A stretch of 32,000 nt of DNA from Haloferax volcanii DS2 (GCF_000025685.1 NC_013967.1:2760001-2792000), one strand, 5' to 3'. Shown: positions 1 through 11,965, counted from the stretch's first letter. The notes: generated by a model not told the origin, from the letters alone. Numbers and translations are program-made.

Positions 1-101
1 CAGACCGACGACCGGGACCGCAGGCTCGGGTACTCGTAAAACAGGTCCATTAGCTCGTCGGTTCCCTCCGAGAAGCGAACGACGAATTCGAACTCGCGCA
101 T
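1..101 (-). CDS. 5' end (first ~33 codons) of a CDS that runs off the window. The N-terminus MREFEFVVRFSEGTDELMDLFYEYPSLRSRSSV resembles N-termini of haloarchaeal HTH-10/Bat-type DNA-binding regulators.
   Basis: An ATG at 99-101 (minus) opens a frame with no stop down to position 1. It is absent from the ORF track because fewer than 60 aa lie in the window. The family call rests only on remembered similar N-termini. Confidence 0.35.
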   Translation of the reverse strand, partial: MREFEFVVRFSEGTDELMDLFYEYPSLRSRSSV

Positions 102-440
102 TCGGTTTTCGCTCTGTCGCGGAGCGACTTAGCAGGTACTAATCAGACACCGACCGCGTTCTACCTTCGCTCCGGTTCTGACTCGGCTTCGAGGCACACC
201 ACTTGCTGAAGTTAGCAGATACCAACAGAACTGGGAGGGTACTTGAGCACGGAGTAGCGGCCACGACGAACGGACACCGAACGCCGCGCGTCAGGCGTGG
301 TCTCCACCCGCTCTTTCGGACACGCGCTCGCGTCCCGCCGGTTCGTTCGTCCGCGGGGACCGGTTCCGACCGTCCCCACCCCCACCACCGACTGCACTCG
401 AACGCTCCAACCAACCTCGGACGACGGCCGGGTCACCACC

Positions 441-448
441 TATTTTAC
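441..448 (+). promoter_or_regulatory. TATA-like box (TATTTTAC) for the amidohydrolase gene, implying a leaderless or near-leaderless mRNA
   Basis: This is the only AT-rich element in a GC-rich intergenic region. It starts 32 nt upstream of the ATG at 473, the spacing expected for an archaeal TATA box when transcription starts at or near the start codon. Confidence 0.35.
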
Positions 449-472
449 GCCCGGTCGTCTACCCGCACGAGG

Positions 473-1786
473 ATGTTACTCGCGGGAACGGTGGTCGTCG
501 ACGCGTCCACCATCATCGAAGAGGGTGCCGTCGTCGTCGACGGCGACCGAATCGTCGCGGTCGGAGCGCACGCGGACCTCACAGACCGGTATCCTAACCA
601 CGAGCGACGCGAGTTCGGCATCGTCGCGCCGGGACTGGTCGGCGGGCACGTCCACTCGGTGCAGTCGCTCGGAAGGGGCATCGCCGACGACACCGAACTC
701 TTGGATTGGCTCTTCGACCACGTACTCCCGATGGAGGCCGGTCTCGACGCCGAGGGGATGCGCGTCGCCGCCGAACTCGGCTACCTCGAATGCATCGAGT
801 CCGGCACGACGACGGTCGTCGACCACCTCTCGGTTCGACACGCCGAGGAGGCGTTCGAGGCGGCGGGCGAGATGGGTATCCGCGGACGCATCGGGAAGGT
901 GCTCATGGACACGAACGCTCCCGAGGGACTCCAAGAAGACACCGACGCGGGCCTCGCCGAGTCCGAGCGCCTCATCGAGCGCTATCACGACAGTTTCGAC
1001 GGGCGCATCCAGTACGCCGTCACGCCGCGGTTCGCCGTCACCTGCTCCGAAGCGTGTCTGCGGGGCGCCCGCGACCTCGCGGACCGCTACGACGGCGTCC
1101 GCATCCACACCCACGCGAGCGAGAACCGAAGCGAAATCGAGACGGTCGAAGACGAGACGGGAATGCGCAACATCCACTGGCTCGACGAAGTCGGTCTCAC
1201 CGGCGACGACGTCGTCCTCGCACACTGCGTCCACACCGACGACTCCGAGCGCGACGTGCTCGCAGAGACCGGCACGCACGTCACCTACTGCCCGTCGTCG
1301 AACATGAAGCTCGCGTCGGGTATCGCGCCGATTCCCGACTACCTCGACCGCGGCATCAACGTCGCACTCGGCAACGACGGCCCGCCGTGTAACAACACGC
1401 TCGACCCCTTCACCGAGATGCGACAGGCCAGTCTCCTCCAGAAAGTCGATGCGCTCGACCCGACGAGCACGCCCGCCGCGACCGTTTTCGAGATGGCGAC
1501 CCGCAACGGCGCGAAGGCCGCCGGCTTCGACCGCGTCGGCGAACTCCGCGAGGGGTGGAAGGCCGACATCGTCGGTATCGACGCCGACCGCACGCGAGCG
1601 ACGCCGCTCCACGACGTGCTGTCTCATCTCGTCTTCGCCGCCCACGGCGACGACGTGGTGTTCACCATGGTCGATGGCGACGTGCTCTACGACGAGGGCG
1701 AACACGTCCGCGCGGACGCCGACGGCATCCGAAAACGGGCACGGGCGGTCGCTGACGGTCTCGACTCGGCACCGACGAGCGACTGA
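473..1786 (+). CDS. Metal-dependent amidohydrolase of the ATZ/TRZ chlorohydrolase family (5-methylthioadenosine/S-adenosylhomocysteine deaminase-like)
   Basis: The product starts MLLAGTVVVDASTIIEEGAVVVDGDRIVAVG. It has the HxH metal motif (GGHVHSVQS), an HTHASE motif and a C-terminal ADIVGID...TMVDG pattern typical of this family. I chose the ATG at 473 over the track start at 203, because the upstream 90 aa are Arg/Pro-rich junk. Confidence 0.85.
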   Translation: MLLAGTVVVDASTIIEEGAVVVDGDRIVAVGAHADLTDRYPNHERREFGIVAPGLVGGHVHSVQSLGRGIADDTELLDWLFDHVLPMEAGLDAEGMRVAAELGYLECIESGTTTVVDHLSVRHAEEAFEAAGEMGIRGRIGKVLMDTNAPEGLQEDTDAGLAESERLIERYHDSFDGRIQYAVTPRFAVTCSEACLRGARDLADRYDGVRIHTHASENRSEIETVEDETGMRNIHWLDEVGLTGDDVVLAHCVHTDDSERDVLAETGTHVTYCPSSNMKLASGIAPIPDYLDRGINVALGNDGPPCNNTLDPFTEMRQASLLQKVDALDPTSTPAATVFEMATRNGAKAAGFDRVGELREGWKADIVGIDADRTRATPLHDVLSHLVFAAHGDDVVFTMVDGDVLYDEGEHVRADADGIRKRARAVADGLDSAPTSD

Positions 1787-1894
1787 ACAGCGTCTCCGCC
1801 TGCGAGACCACCTCGCACGCGAGACCGGCCGGCCGCACCCGCGAGGCCCGCCGCCATCGTCGCCTCTTTCTCTCCGCGCGACGCCACCTGAGTC

Positions 1895-2494
1895 ATGACC
1901 GTCCGACTCCGCGCGGCGACGCCGTCCGACCTCCCCGCGATTCGGGAGATTTACGCGCCGTTCGTCGAGAACACCGCGATTTCGTTCGCCTACGACCCGC
2001 CGAGCGTCGCGGACCTCGAAACGAAACTGGAGCAGAAGACCGACTACCCGTGGCTCGTCTGCGAACTCGACGGCGAGGTGGCCGGCTACGCCTACGCCGG
2101 CGCGATTCGAGAGCGCATCGCCTACCGGTGGGCCGTCGAGACATCGATTTACGTCCGCCCTGAGTTCCAGCGCCGCGGCGTCGCCCGCGGTCTCTACACG
2201 GCGCTTTTGGACCTGCTCGAACGGCAGGGCTACGTCTCGGCCGTCGCCGTCATCACGACGCCGAACCCCGCGAGCATCGCCTTCCACGAGTCGTTCGGCT
2301 TCGAGCGCGTCGGCCGCTTCGAGCGCGTCGGCTACAAAGGCGACGCGTGGCACGACGTGGAGTGGTGGAGCCTCGACCTCGACGACCGACCCGACGACCC
2401 CGACGCGCCGCTGTCCGTCGCCGACGCTCGCGACCGTGACTGGTGGGACGACGCGCTCACCCGCGGTGCGGCGCTCGTCGAAAACAGCGCATAA
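1895..2494 (+). CDS. GNAT family N-acetyltransferase (phosphinothricin/L-amino-acid N-acyltransferase-like)
   Basis: The N-terminus is IRAATPSDLPAIREIYAPFVENTAISF-like. The acetyl-CoA motif QRRGVARGLYTALL and the FHESFGFERVGRF motif are characteristic of the PAT/YncA group. Confidence 0.85.
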   Translation: MTVRLRAATPSDLPAIREIYAPFVENTAISFAYDPPSVADLETKLEQKTDYPWLVCELDGEVAGYAYAGAIRERIAYRWAVETSIYVRPEFQRRGVARGLYTALLDLLERQGYVSAVAVITTPNPASIAFHESFGFERVGRFERVGYKGDAWHDVEWWSLDLDDRPDDPDAPLSVADARDRDWWDDALTRGAALVENSA

Positions 2495-2542
2495 CGGTTC
2501 CACCCGAACTGAGTCAACTCCCGTCGTCCGACTCGGTCGCGT

Positions 2543-2935
2543 TCAGACGCCGGCTTCGAGGGAGTCCTCAGTCTCGGCGTCCGCCGAGTCGCCTTCCTCG
2601 GCCGCCTCGACTTCGTCTGCCGCGTCGGCGGCTGCTTCGCCCGTCGCTCCCTGTTCGAGTACGTAGCGCTCGACGCCGGCGGAAAGCATCGCCTGCCAGT
2701 CGTCGAACTCGGTGTTCGCGTCGACGTACCGGTCCAACTCGTGGGTCGGTATCGACTCGAAAGAATCCTGATCCGCGACCGCGAATCCGCTTTCTTCGAG
2801 GAATTCACTAATCGATGCCGCCTCACAATGTGACTCGACCCACGGCGACGGGAACAAGTCGGCCAGCGTTACCTCGCCGCCGAGACCCCCAATCTCGACG
2901 TCGAGCGTCGCGGCCGTCGTTTCGGCCTCACCCAT
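2543..2935 (-). CDS. Hypothetical, very acidic cytosolic protein (130 aa) with an Ala/Glu/Asp-rich C-terminal tail
   Basis: The ORF has haloarchaeal acidic composition and GC3-rich codons. A TATA-like box lies about 27 nt upstream of the ATG. I recognise no family. Confidence 0.6.
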   Translation of the reverse strand: MGEAETTAATLDVEIGGLGGEVTLADLFPSPWVESHCEAASISEFLEESGFAVADQDSFESIPTHELDRYVDANTEFDDWQAMLSAGVERYVLEQGATGEAAADAADEVEAAEEGDSADAETEDSLEAGV

Positions 2936-2956
2936 ACCCGGGTCCTACGTCCACGG

Positions 2957-2962
2957 ATATAA
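2957..2962 (-). promoter_or_regulatory. TATA-like box (minus strand TTATAT) for the 2543-2935 gene, implying a leaderless transcript
   Basis: The minus strand reads CCGTTATATCCGTGGACGTAGGACCCGGGT-ATG. The box starts 27 nt upstream of the start codon. Confidence 0.4.
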
Positions 2963-2989
2963 CGGTGTTGCGGTTGGCGTCCGAGAGAG

Positions 2990-4180
2990 TCAGTTGGTGG
3001 AGACGATTTCGACCACGTCGCGGTGCGAAAGCTCGTGGTCAGACCCGATTTGGCGCTTCGAGTAACAGTCGATGCCGTGGAGGAGGCCGTCGCCGATGTC
3101 CGAATGCAGATGGTACGCGAAGTCCTCGGTCGTCGAACCCTCGGGCAGGATAAAGCAGTCGCGGAAGACGCCCTGCGAGTCGCTCTTGCCGTTGGCGCTG
3201 CCGGGGAAGATGGCAATCGCTCCCATCACGTCGAACAGCGCGTTTTCGAGCGACTGTTGGACGCCCGTGCCGCCGAACTCGGTGACGAACTCGCGAATCT
3301 GTTCGAGGCCCGCCTCCTGTTTGTCGCTCACGTCGCCGACGATGTCGAAGTCGTCGTCGCCGGGGCGGTAATCGACGACGCCGCCCTCGTCGGCCTTCTT
3401 CAGCGCCTTCTCCGCGTGCGCCGAGGTCGGGACGAACGTCAGGTGTTCGTAGTCCGAATCGGCCGTGATCTCCTCGTAGTTCTCCTGGGAGACCGGTTTG
3501 TCCATCTTGTTCGCCGCGATGATGATCGGCTTCGTGCGCTTTCGAATCTCGCGGGCGAGCGACTCCTTGTCCGCGTCGTCCCACTCGTCGGGGTCGAGTT
3601 CCAAGCCGAGAGAAAGGATTATCTGCTTGATTTCGTCCTTGTTCGTCTTGAACGCGGACATCTGCTCCGCGAGGTCGACTTCGATATCTTTGTCCTCGCC
3701 GTGATAGCCCGAGCGGTAGCGGTCGATACCCTTCTCTAAGACACCGAGGTACCACATGTCCAGTTCGTTTTCGAGGAAGTCGATGTCCTCGCGGGGGTCG
3801 TGTCCCTCCGTCGCCTCGCCTTCGATGTCCGTCTCACCGGAGAAGTCGACGACGTGGACGAGCACGTCCGCCTCGTTGAGGTCGGTGAGGAACTGGTTTC
3901 CGAGGCCCTTCCCCTCGTGCGCGCCGGGGATGAGCCCCGCCACGTCCACGAGTTTGACGGGGACGAACCGCATTCCGTGGTCGCAGTAGCCGACCGAGGG
4001 CGTACACGACTCGTCGAACTCCGGGGCCGCACACTCGACGCGGACGTACGCCTCGCCGATAGAGGGGTCGATGGTCGTAAACGGATACGCACCCTCGGGT
4101 ACGTCGTTCATCGTCGCCGCGTTGAAGAAACTCGACTTCCCGACGGACGGTTTTCCGACGAGACCGATCTTGTAACTCAT
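2990..4180 (-). CDS. ychF: Obg-like ATPase/GTP-binding protein of the YchF/OLA1 family, with a C-terminal TGS domain
   Basis: The P-loop is GLVGKPSVGKSSFFNAAT, followed by PFTTIDP (G2), DVAGLIPGAHEG (G3) and AANKMD (G4). The C-terminal TGS-like segment ends ...RDVVEIVS. Confidence 0.9.
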   Translation of the reverse strand: MSYKIGLVGKPSVGKSSFFNAATMNDVPEGAYPFTTIDPSIGEAYVRVECAAPEFDESCTPSVGYCDHGMRFVPVKLVDVAGLIPGAHEGKGLGNQFLTDLNEADVLVHVVDFSGETDIEGEATEGHDPREDIDFLENELDMWYLGVLEKGIDRYRSGYHGEDKDIEVDLAEQMSAFKTNKDEIKQIILSLGLELDPDEWDDADKESLAREIRKRTKPIIIAANKMDKPVSQENYEEITADSDYEHLTFVPTSAHAEKALKKADEGGVVDYRPGDDDFDIVGDVSDKQEAGLEQIREFVTEFGGTGVQQSLENALFDVMGAIAIFPGSANGKSDSQGVFRDCFILPEGSTTEDFAYHLHSDIGDGLLHGIDCYSKRQIGSDHELSHRDVVEIVSTN

Positions 4181-4450
4181 TCGTTGGTCGGACTGGTGTC
4201 TCGAACGCTAATAACCGTTCGACGTTCGCCTCGCCGTGCGTGAAATTCACACGCTACCGGGGCCGAGGAGGGTAATTCTCCGCGCTCGACTCCCGGGTTC
4301 GAGCGCCGGAGAGGTGACGCCGTCGTCGGGTTCGGAGCGGACAGCAGCCGGGTCCGGTTCGGTGTCGGAGGTCTCCTCGTCACCATCCGACGAGTCGACG
4401 CTACGACGCCGTCCGGTGCATCTTTGTCTTCACGTCCCCGACTGCCGGGC

Positions 4451-4828
4451 ATGACCGACCCCGACGAGACGGCGAGCGAACCCGCATCCGCGTCGACTGC
4501 GGACTCCGGCGCGGCGACCACCGACTCCTCGACGGACGGCGCGACCGACGCGGACACGTTCCGCGTCGGTATCCACGTCACGGAGACCGAACTCCGATTC
4601 GTGGTCAACGTCCCGTCCGACATCGATTCGGGGTGGACCGACCCCGACGCGTTCCAGCGCCTCGTCGAACGCGTCACCTGGGAGCAACTCGACCAGCGGG
4701 CGACGCTCCAGACCGTCGCGACCAACGCCGCCGAGGGCGAGACGATGTTTCTCGGCACGGTGACGCTCCGACCGGACGAGACCGTCGTCGACCACACCCT
4801 CCGCGTGCCGCCGCTCGACGGCGCGTGA
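4451..4828 (+). CDS. Hypothetical acidic protein (125 aa from the ATG at 4451)
   Basis: The ORF track start at 4424 is a TTG, so I prefer ATG 4451 (MTDPDET...). The N-terminal third is low-complexity Ser/Thr/Asp/Ala and is followed by a globular part. No family recognised. Confidence 0.55.
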   Translation: MTDPDETASEPASASTADSGAATTDSSTDGATDADTFRVGIHVTETELRFVVNVPSDIDSGWTDPDAFQRLVERVTWEQLDQRATLQTVATNAAEGETMFLGTVTLRPDETVVDHTLRVPPLDGA

Positions 4829-4846
4829 CCCGACTCGGCGTCACCG

Positions 4847-5257
4847 ATGACCGACCCCACGACTGAGACCGCGATTCGCGAGATGCAAGACGCCGCGCTC
4901 AGTCGCGCGCTCACCGACGACGACCACGCGAGACAGTCGCTCGCCGTCGCGGGCGCGCTCGAAACGGCCAGAACGGAAGCGACCGACGCAGCGTTCGACG
5001 GTGGCGGCGTCACGCTCGTGGCGTCGCTCGCGTTCGTCTCGACGCTGTTCGCGCACCGTCGCCTCCACGAGTCGCTCCGGGCGAGCGTCCGCGCATCCGA
5101 CGATTCGGCGTGGTATCCCAGCGGCGCTCCCGCCCGCGTCGACGACGACCTCGTGGTCGCGGGCGCGCGGCTCGCGGTTCGACGGTTCGACGCCGACCCG
5201 GCGCTCGTCGCCGCGCTCGGTGACGTTTCGATAGAAAGAGTCGCGTCAGGCGAGTGA
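4847..5257 (+). CDS. Hypothetical protein (136 aa) with one hydrophobic segment (VTLVASLAFVSTLFA)
   Basis: It starts 18 nt after the stop of the previous CDS on the same strand, so the two are probably co-transcribed. No family recognised. Confidence 0.55.
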   Translation: MTDPTTETAIREMQDAALSRALTDDDHARQSLAVAGALETARTEATDAAFDGGGVTLVASLAFVSTLFAHRRLHESLRASVRASDDSAWYPSGAPARVDDDLVVAGARLAVRRFDADPALVAALGDVSIERVASGE

Positions 5258-5261
5258 GTAT

Positions 5262-5294
5262 CCCGACCGTCAGCCTCTGACAACGACGGTCGGG
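5262..5294 (+). terminator. Perfect 10-bp inverted repeat (CCCGACCGTC / GACGGTCGGG, 13-nt loop), 4 nt after the stop of the 4847-5257 CDS
   Basis: The stem-loop was read directly from the sequence. No T-run follows it, so a termination role is uncertain and it may be an RNA-stability element. Confidence 0.3.
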
Positions 5295-5361
5295 GGCGTA
5301 GCGGGATGGGGTGCCTCTGATCCACAGTACCCGCCCGGACGCGGAAGAGTGAAGCCCGAAC

Positions 5362-5380
5362 CCCACGCTCGCTGCGTGGG
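5362..5380 (-). terminator. Hairpin (CCCACGC-5 nt-GCGTGGG) immediately downstream of the stop codon of the secreted-protein gene
   Basis: The minus strand reads TAA CTAATATACGTT CCCACGC AGCGA GCGTGGG. It lies in the gap between two convergent genes. Confidence 0.35.
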
Positions 5381-5392
5381 AACGTATATTAG

Positions 5393-6283
5393 TTAGTTGT
5401 TGGCGTGGTCCGGCGGGCCACCGCCGTTGCCGTTGCCGTTCGAGTCGTCATCGCCCGAGTCGTCGTCATCCGACTCGTCCGAGGAGTCATCGTCCGACTC
5501 GTCGTCAGCGTCGTCGCCGTTCTGCGGACCGGCGTGGTCCGGACGCTTGTCGTCCGCGTTACCCGGGTTGTTCTCGGTCACGAAGTCGGAGACGGCCTGC
5601 CCGAGCGGGCCGTCGCTACCCGTGTCCTTGAGACGCTCGACGAAGCTGCTGACGAGCTGTCCGAACGGGTCCTCGGCGGCGACCTCACCCTGCAGGGTGA
5701 CGGTCGTCTCGGCGGTGAGGCCGTCGTGCTCGGCTGCCACGTCGACCGTGACGGTCTGCAACGGCGAGATGAGGTCAACCGTACCGTCCGCGTCCGTCTC
5801 GTACGTGCCGTTGCCGGCGTAGTCCGTCCCGTTAACCATGACTGACGCGCCTTCGACGGCGTCACCGTACTGGGTGACGGTGGCGACGACCGTGTCGTTA
5901 GCGTCGTCAACCTCGACGGAGACATCGAGAGACTCGTCGAGCGGGACGAGGACGACAGAGGAGGCGGTCGTGTTGTTCCCCTCAGTAACGGTGACCGTCG
6001 CGTTCACGCGTTCCTGCGGATTGGGGAGGTCGACGGTGCCGTTCGTCCCCGCCGCGTACGTTCCGTTTCCGGCGTAGTTACCGCTCGATTCGACGACGAC
6101 CGTCGCGTTCTCGACGGCCGTCTCGTTCCGCGTCACGGTCACTGTCGCGTCGCCCGTGTCGGCGTCCTGCGTGACGCCGACCTGGAGGGCATCGGAGCTC
6201 GCTGCTCCGACGGCCCCGGGGACCATCGCGACGGCGAGCATCGCAACGACCATGACTACGGTGAAGTGTTTGCTGCCGCGCAT
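5393..6283 (-). CDS. Secreted or cell-surface protein with a Sec-type signal peptide, two tandem ~85-aa beta-rich domains, many N-glycosylation sequons and a poly-acidic C-terminal tail
   Basis: The signal peptide is MRGSKHFTVVMVVAMLAVAMVPGAVGAASS. The domain repeats with a 255-nt period: GTACGTGCCGTTGCCGGCGTAGT at 5801 versus GTACGTTCCGTTTCCGGCGTAGT at 6056, encoding [ND]YAGNGTY...GTVDL. There are ten N-x-S/T sequons. The tail reads DDADDESDDDSSDESDDDDSGDDDSNGNGNGGG. Confidence 0.7.
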   Translation of the reverse strand: MRGSKHFTVVMVVAMLAVAMVPGAVGAASSDALQVGVTQDADTGDATVTVTRNETAVENATVVVESSGNYAGNGTYAAGTNGTVDLPNPQERVNATVTVTEGNNTTASSVVLVPLDESLDVSVEVDDANDTVVATVTQYGDAVEGASVMVNGTDYAGNGTYETDADGTVDLISPLQTVTVDVAAEHDGLTAETTVTLQGEVAAEDPFGQLVSSFVERLKDTGSDGPLGQAVSDFVTENNPGNADDKRPDHAGPQNGDDADDESDDDSSDESDDDDSGDDDSNGNGNGGGPPDHANN

Positions 6284-6585
6284 GCAACCCTTCCTTCTAA
6301 CCCTGATACGGTAAAAGGGGAGAATCGTAACCCCGGTTTTCGCTGAATTTCACCCCAATCAACGCGTTCGAAATCGGGGCGTCGTCTGTCGACTTTATCG
6401 ACTTCCGTGCCGAACGGGCGATCAAGTCGTATCGAAACACCCCCGCAGTCGAACGCGAGCGGCTGTCGGCCGAACCGGTGTGCTCGACGCGAGCGTTGCC
6501 ACTCTCGGACGATGGAAGATGCGACTCGACGGGGTCGGTGCGAGTCGCTGAACGACCGTGCGTGCCGCTCTGCATAAAATGAACA

Positions 6586-6614
6586 AAGCCCACTGGACAC
6601 CGCGTCCAGTGGGC
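6586..6614 (-). terminator. rRNA operon terminator: a perfect 12-bp hairpin followed on the minus strand by a T-rich tract
   Basis: AGCCCACTGGAC-5 nt-GTCCAGTGGGCT lies 16 nt downstream of the 5S 3' end. The minus strand continues TTGTTCATTTTATGC. Confidence 0.55.
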
Positions 6615-6630
6615 TCTGTGAAGTATGAAT

Positions 6631-6752
6631 AGGGGCGGCGAACTGGATTTCCCAGAGGATCGCTCACTCCAGTACTGACCAGAACGCAGGTGAGCTTAAC
6701 TTCCGTGTTCGGGATGGGTACGGGTGGAACCTCACCGCTCTGGCCGCCTTAA
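6631..6752 (-). rRNA. rrf: 5S ribosomal RNA
   Basis: The reverse complement reads TTAAGGCGGCCAGAGCGGTGAGGTTCCACCCGTACCCATCCCGAACACGGAAGTTAAGCTCACCTGCGTTCTGGTCAGTACTGGAGTGAGCGATCCTCTGGGAAATCCAGTTCGCCGCCCCT. This is a canonical 122-nt haloarchaeal 5S. Confidence 0.95.
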
Positions 6753-6810
6753 TACCGATCAACGGAATCGAACCGTTGCCATACCAATATCGGTCGGGCC
6801 GTCTTACCAA

Positions 6811-6854
6811 TGTGTCCGTGCAATCCAGTTTGCGCCTGGACCCGTTCTCGGGTC
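6811..6854 (-). other. 3' arm of the 23S rRNA processing helix (pairs with 9789-9833)
   Basis: Its sequence TGTGTCCGTGCAATCCAG...CCTGGACCCGTTCTCGGGTC is nearly identical to the reverse complement of 9789-9833. The two therefore pair in the minus-strand transcript and bracket the 23S. Confidence 0.8.
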
Positions 6855-6859
6855 TCAGT

Positions 6860-9776
<2,917 letters not shown>

Positions 9777-9788
9777 TATAGTCACTGT

Positions 9789-9833
9789 GACCCGGAGAAC
9801 GGGTCCAGTGGACGCCTGGATTGCACGTACACA
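9789..9833 (-). other. 5' arm of the 23S rRNA processing helix (pairs with 6811-6854)
   Basis: See the partner arm at 6811-6854. The complementarity was read directly from the sequence. Confidence 0.8.
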
Positions 9834-9920
9834 CGGTTTCATCAAACACCCTCGGAGATAGCCGAGGCGTGTTTTCGACCCTTCCCAACCTCGCTTGCGC
9901 GGGATGGTGCATCTGTCGTC

Positions 9921-9968
9921 AGTATCCATTCATTCGAAACGTCTTGCCACACTTAAGGGGCACGATCG
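9921..9968 (-). promoter_or_regulatory. Promoter-like element in the tRNA-Ala/23S spacer, homologous to the upstream rRNA promoters
   Basis: The minus strand reads GTGCCCCTTAAGTGTGGCAAGACGTTTCGAATGAATGGATACTG. It shares CCTTAAGTG, CAAG and TTTCGRATGAATG blocks, at the same spacing, with promoter P1 at 11921-11965. Confidence 0.4.
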
Positions 9969-9993
9969 TTTCGGAGTGGAGTACTGCTTACCA

Positions 9994-10065
9994 TGGACCC
10001 ACAGGGATTCGAACCCTGGGCATCCTCCTTGCAAAGGAGGCACTCTACCACTGAGCTATGGGCCC
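9994..10065 (-). tRNA. tRNA-Ala (anticodon UGC) in the 16S-23S spacer; CCA is not encoded
   Basis: The reverse complement reads GGGCCCATAGCTCAGTGGTAGAGTGCCTCCTTTGCAAGGAGGATGCCCAGGGTTCGAATCCCTGTGGGTCCA. It folds as a cloverleaf with the anticodon arm CCTCC-TTTGCAA-GGAGG. Confidence 0.95.
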
Positions 10066-10071
10066 GTGTTA

Positions 10072-10120
10072 GCCCTAGTAGTTCTAAGGTGTCCGAACGG
10101 GTGTCATTGGTGAACTCGGA
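10072..10120 (-). other. 3' arm of the 16S rRNA processing helix (pairs with 11716-11762)
   Basis: GCCCTAGTAGTTC (10072-10084) is the exact reverse complement of GAACTACTAGGGC (11750-11762). TGAACTCGGA (10111-10120) pairs with TCCGAGTTC (11716-11724). The helix has internal bulges, as expected for a bulge-helix-bulge site. Confidence 0.8.
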
Positions 10121-10162
10121 AGATCGCGTGTGAGCCACCCCGTCGGGGTGGTCTCGGTCGTT

Positions 10163-11635
<1,473 letters not shown>

Positions 11636-11715
11636 GGGTCGCGACCATTTAAACCTGGTCGCGGGGTGTTGGCGGGTGAATGGCAGCGATATGCTGTCAA
11701 ATCACCGTTCAAAGG

Positions 11716-11762
11716 TCCGAGTTCGCGTGACATCCGTTCGGATGTCACCGAACTACTAGGGC
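11716..11762 (-). other. 5' arm of the 16S rRNA processing helix
   Basis: See the partner arm at 10072-10120. Confidence 0.8.
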
Positions 11763-11920
11763 TAACATCAGATACCGTCTTGCGGCGTACCGCAGGGGCG
11801 GAATCCTCATTTCCTTCGGACCTGAACCGAAGCGATTCGAGGGTATAAACCCTTCGAACCTCGTTCGGTTCGGGTCCGGTGAGGCAGGACGCGTTGAATC
11901 GCCCTGCAATCGCGGTGTGT

Positions 11921-11965
11921 CGTTCGCATTCATCCGAAATGCCTTGGACCACTTAAGGCCGTCGT
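11921..11965 (-). promoter_or_regulatory. rRNA operon promoter P1 (TTAAGT box plus conserved initiation region)
   Basis: The minus strand reads ACGACGGCCTTAAGTGGTCCAAGGCATTTCGGATGAATGCGAACG. It matches the remembered halobacterial rRNA promoter pattern, a TTAAGT/TTTATG box about 25 nt upstream of ATGCGAAC. It is repeated at 12071-12116. Confidence 0.6.

Noticed and set aside
203-472. N-terminal 90-aa extension of the amidohydrolase ORF. Analogous upstream extensions occur for trpS (to 27845), pheT (to 21764), OCD (24438), HAD (29134), the zinc-ribbon protein (29154) and the AbrB-like ORF (12732).
   Set aside because: The extensions are Arg/Pro-rich and overlap neighbouring genes or promoter elements. 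Internal ATGs give N-termini that match family expectations and sensible gene junctions (TAATG and ATGA overlaps).
476-2503. 675-aa ORF on the minus strand, spanning the amidohydrolase and GNAT genes
   Set aside because: It is antisense to two CDSs with clear family motifs. Its translation is Arg/Val/Gly/Asp-rich with no recognisable domain. This is a typical stop-codon-poor antisense frame in high-GC DNA.
2496-2508. GTTCCACCCGAAC, which resembles the core of haloarchaeal origin-recognition boxes
   Set aside because: It is a single copy in a short convergent gap. There is no inverted partner, no AT-rich unwinding element and no adjacent orc/cdc6 gene.
4255-4340. GGTTCGAG-containing stretch (CCCGGGTTCGAGCGCCGG) that superficially resembles a tRNA T-arm, with nearby CGGGTTCGGAGCGG-like repeats
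   Set aside because: No acceptor-stem complementarity, D-arm or anticodon arm could be built around it on either strand. It is most likely just GC-rich intergenic sequence.
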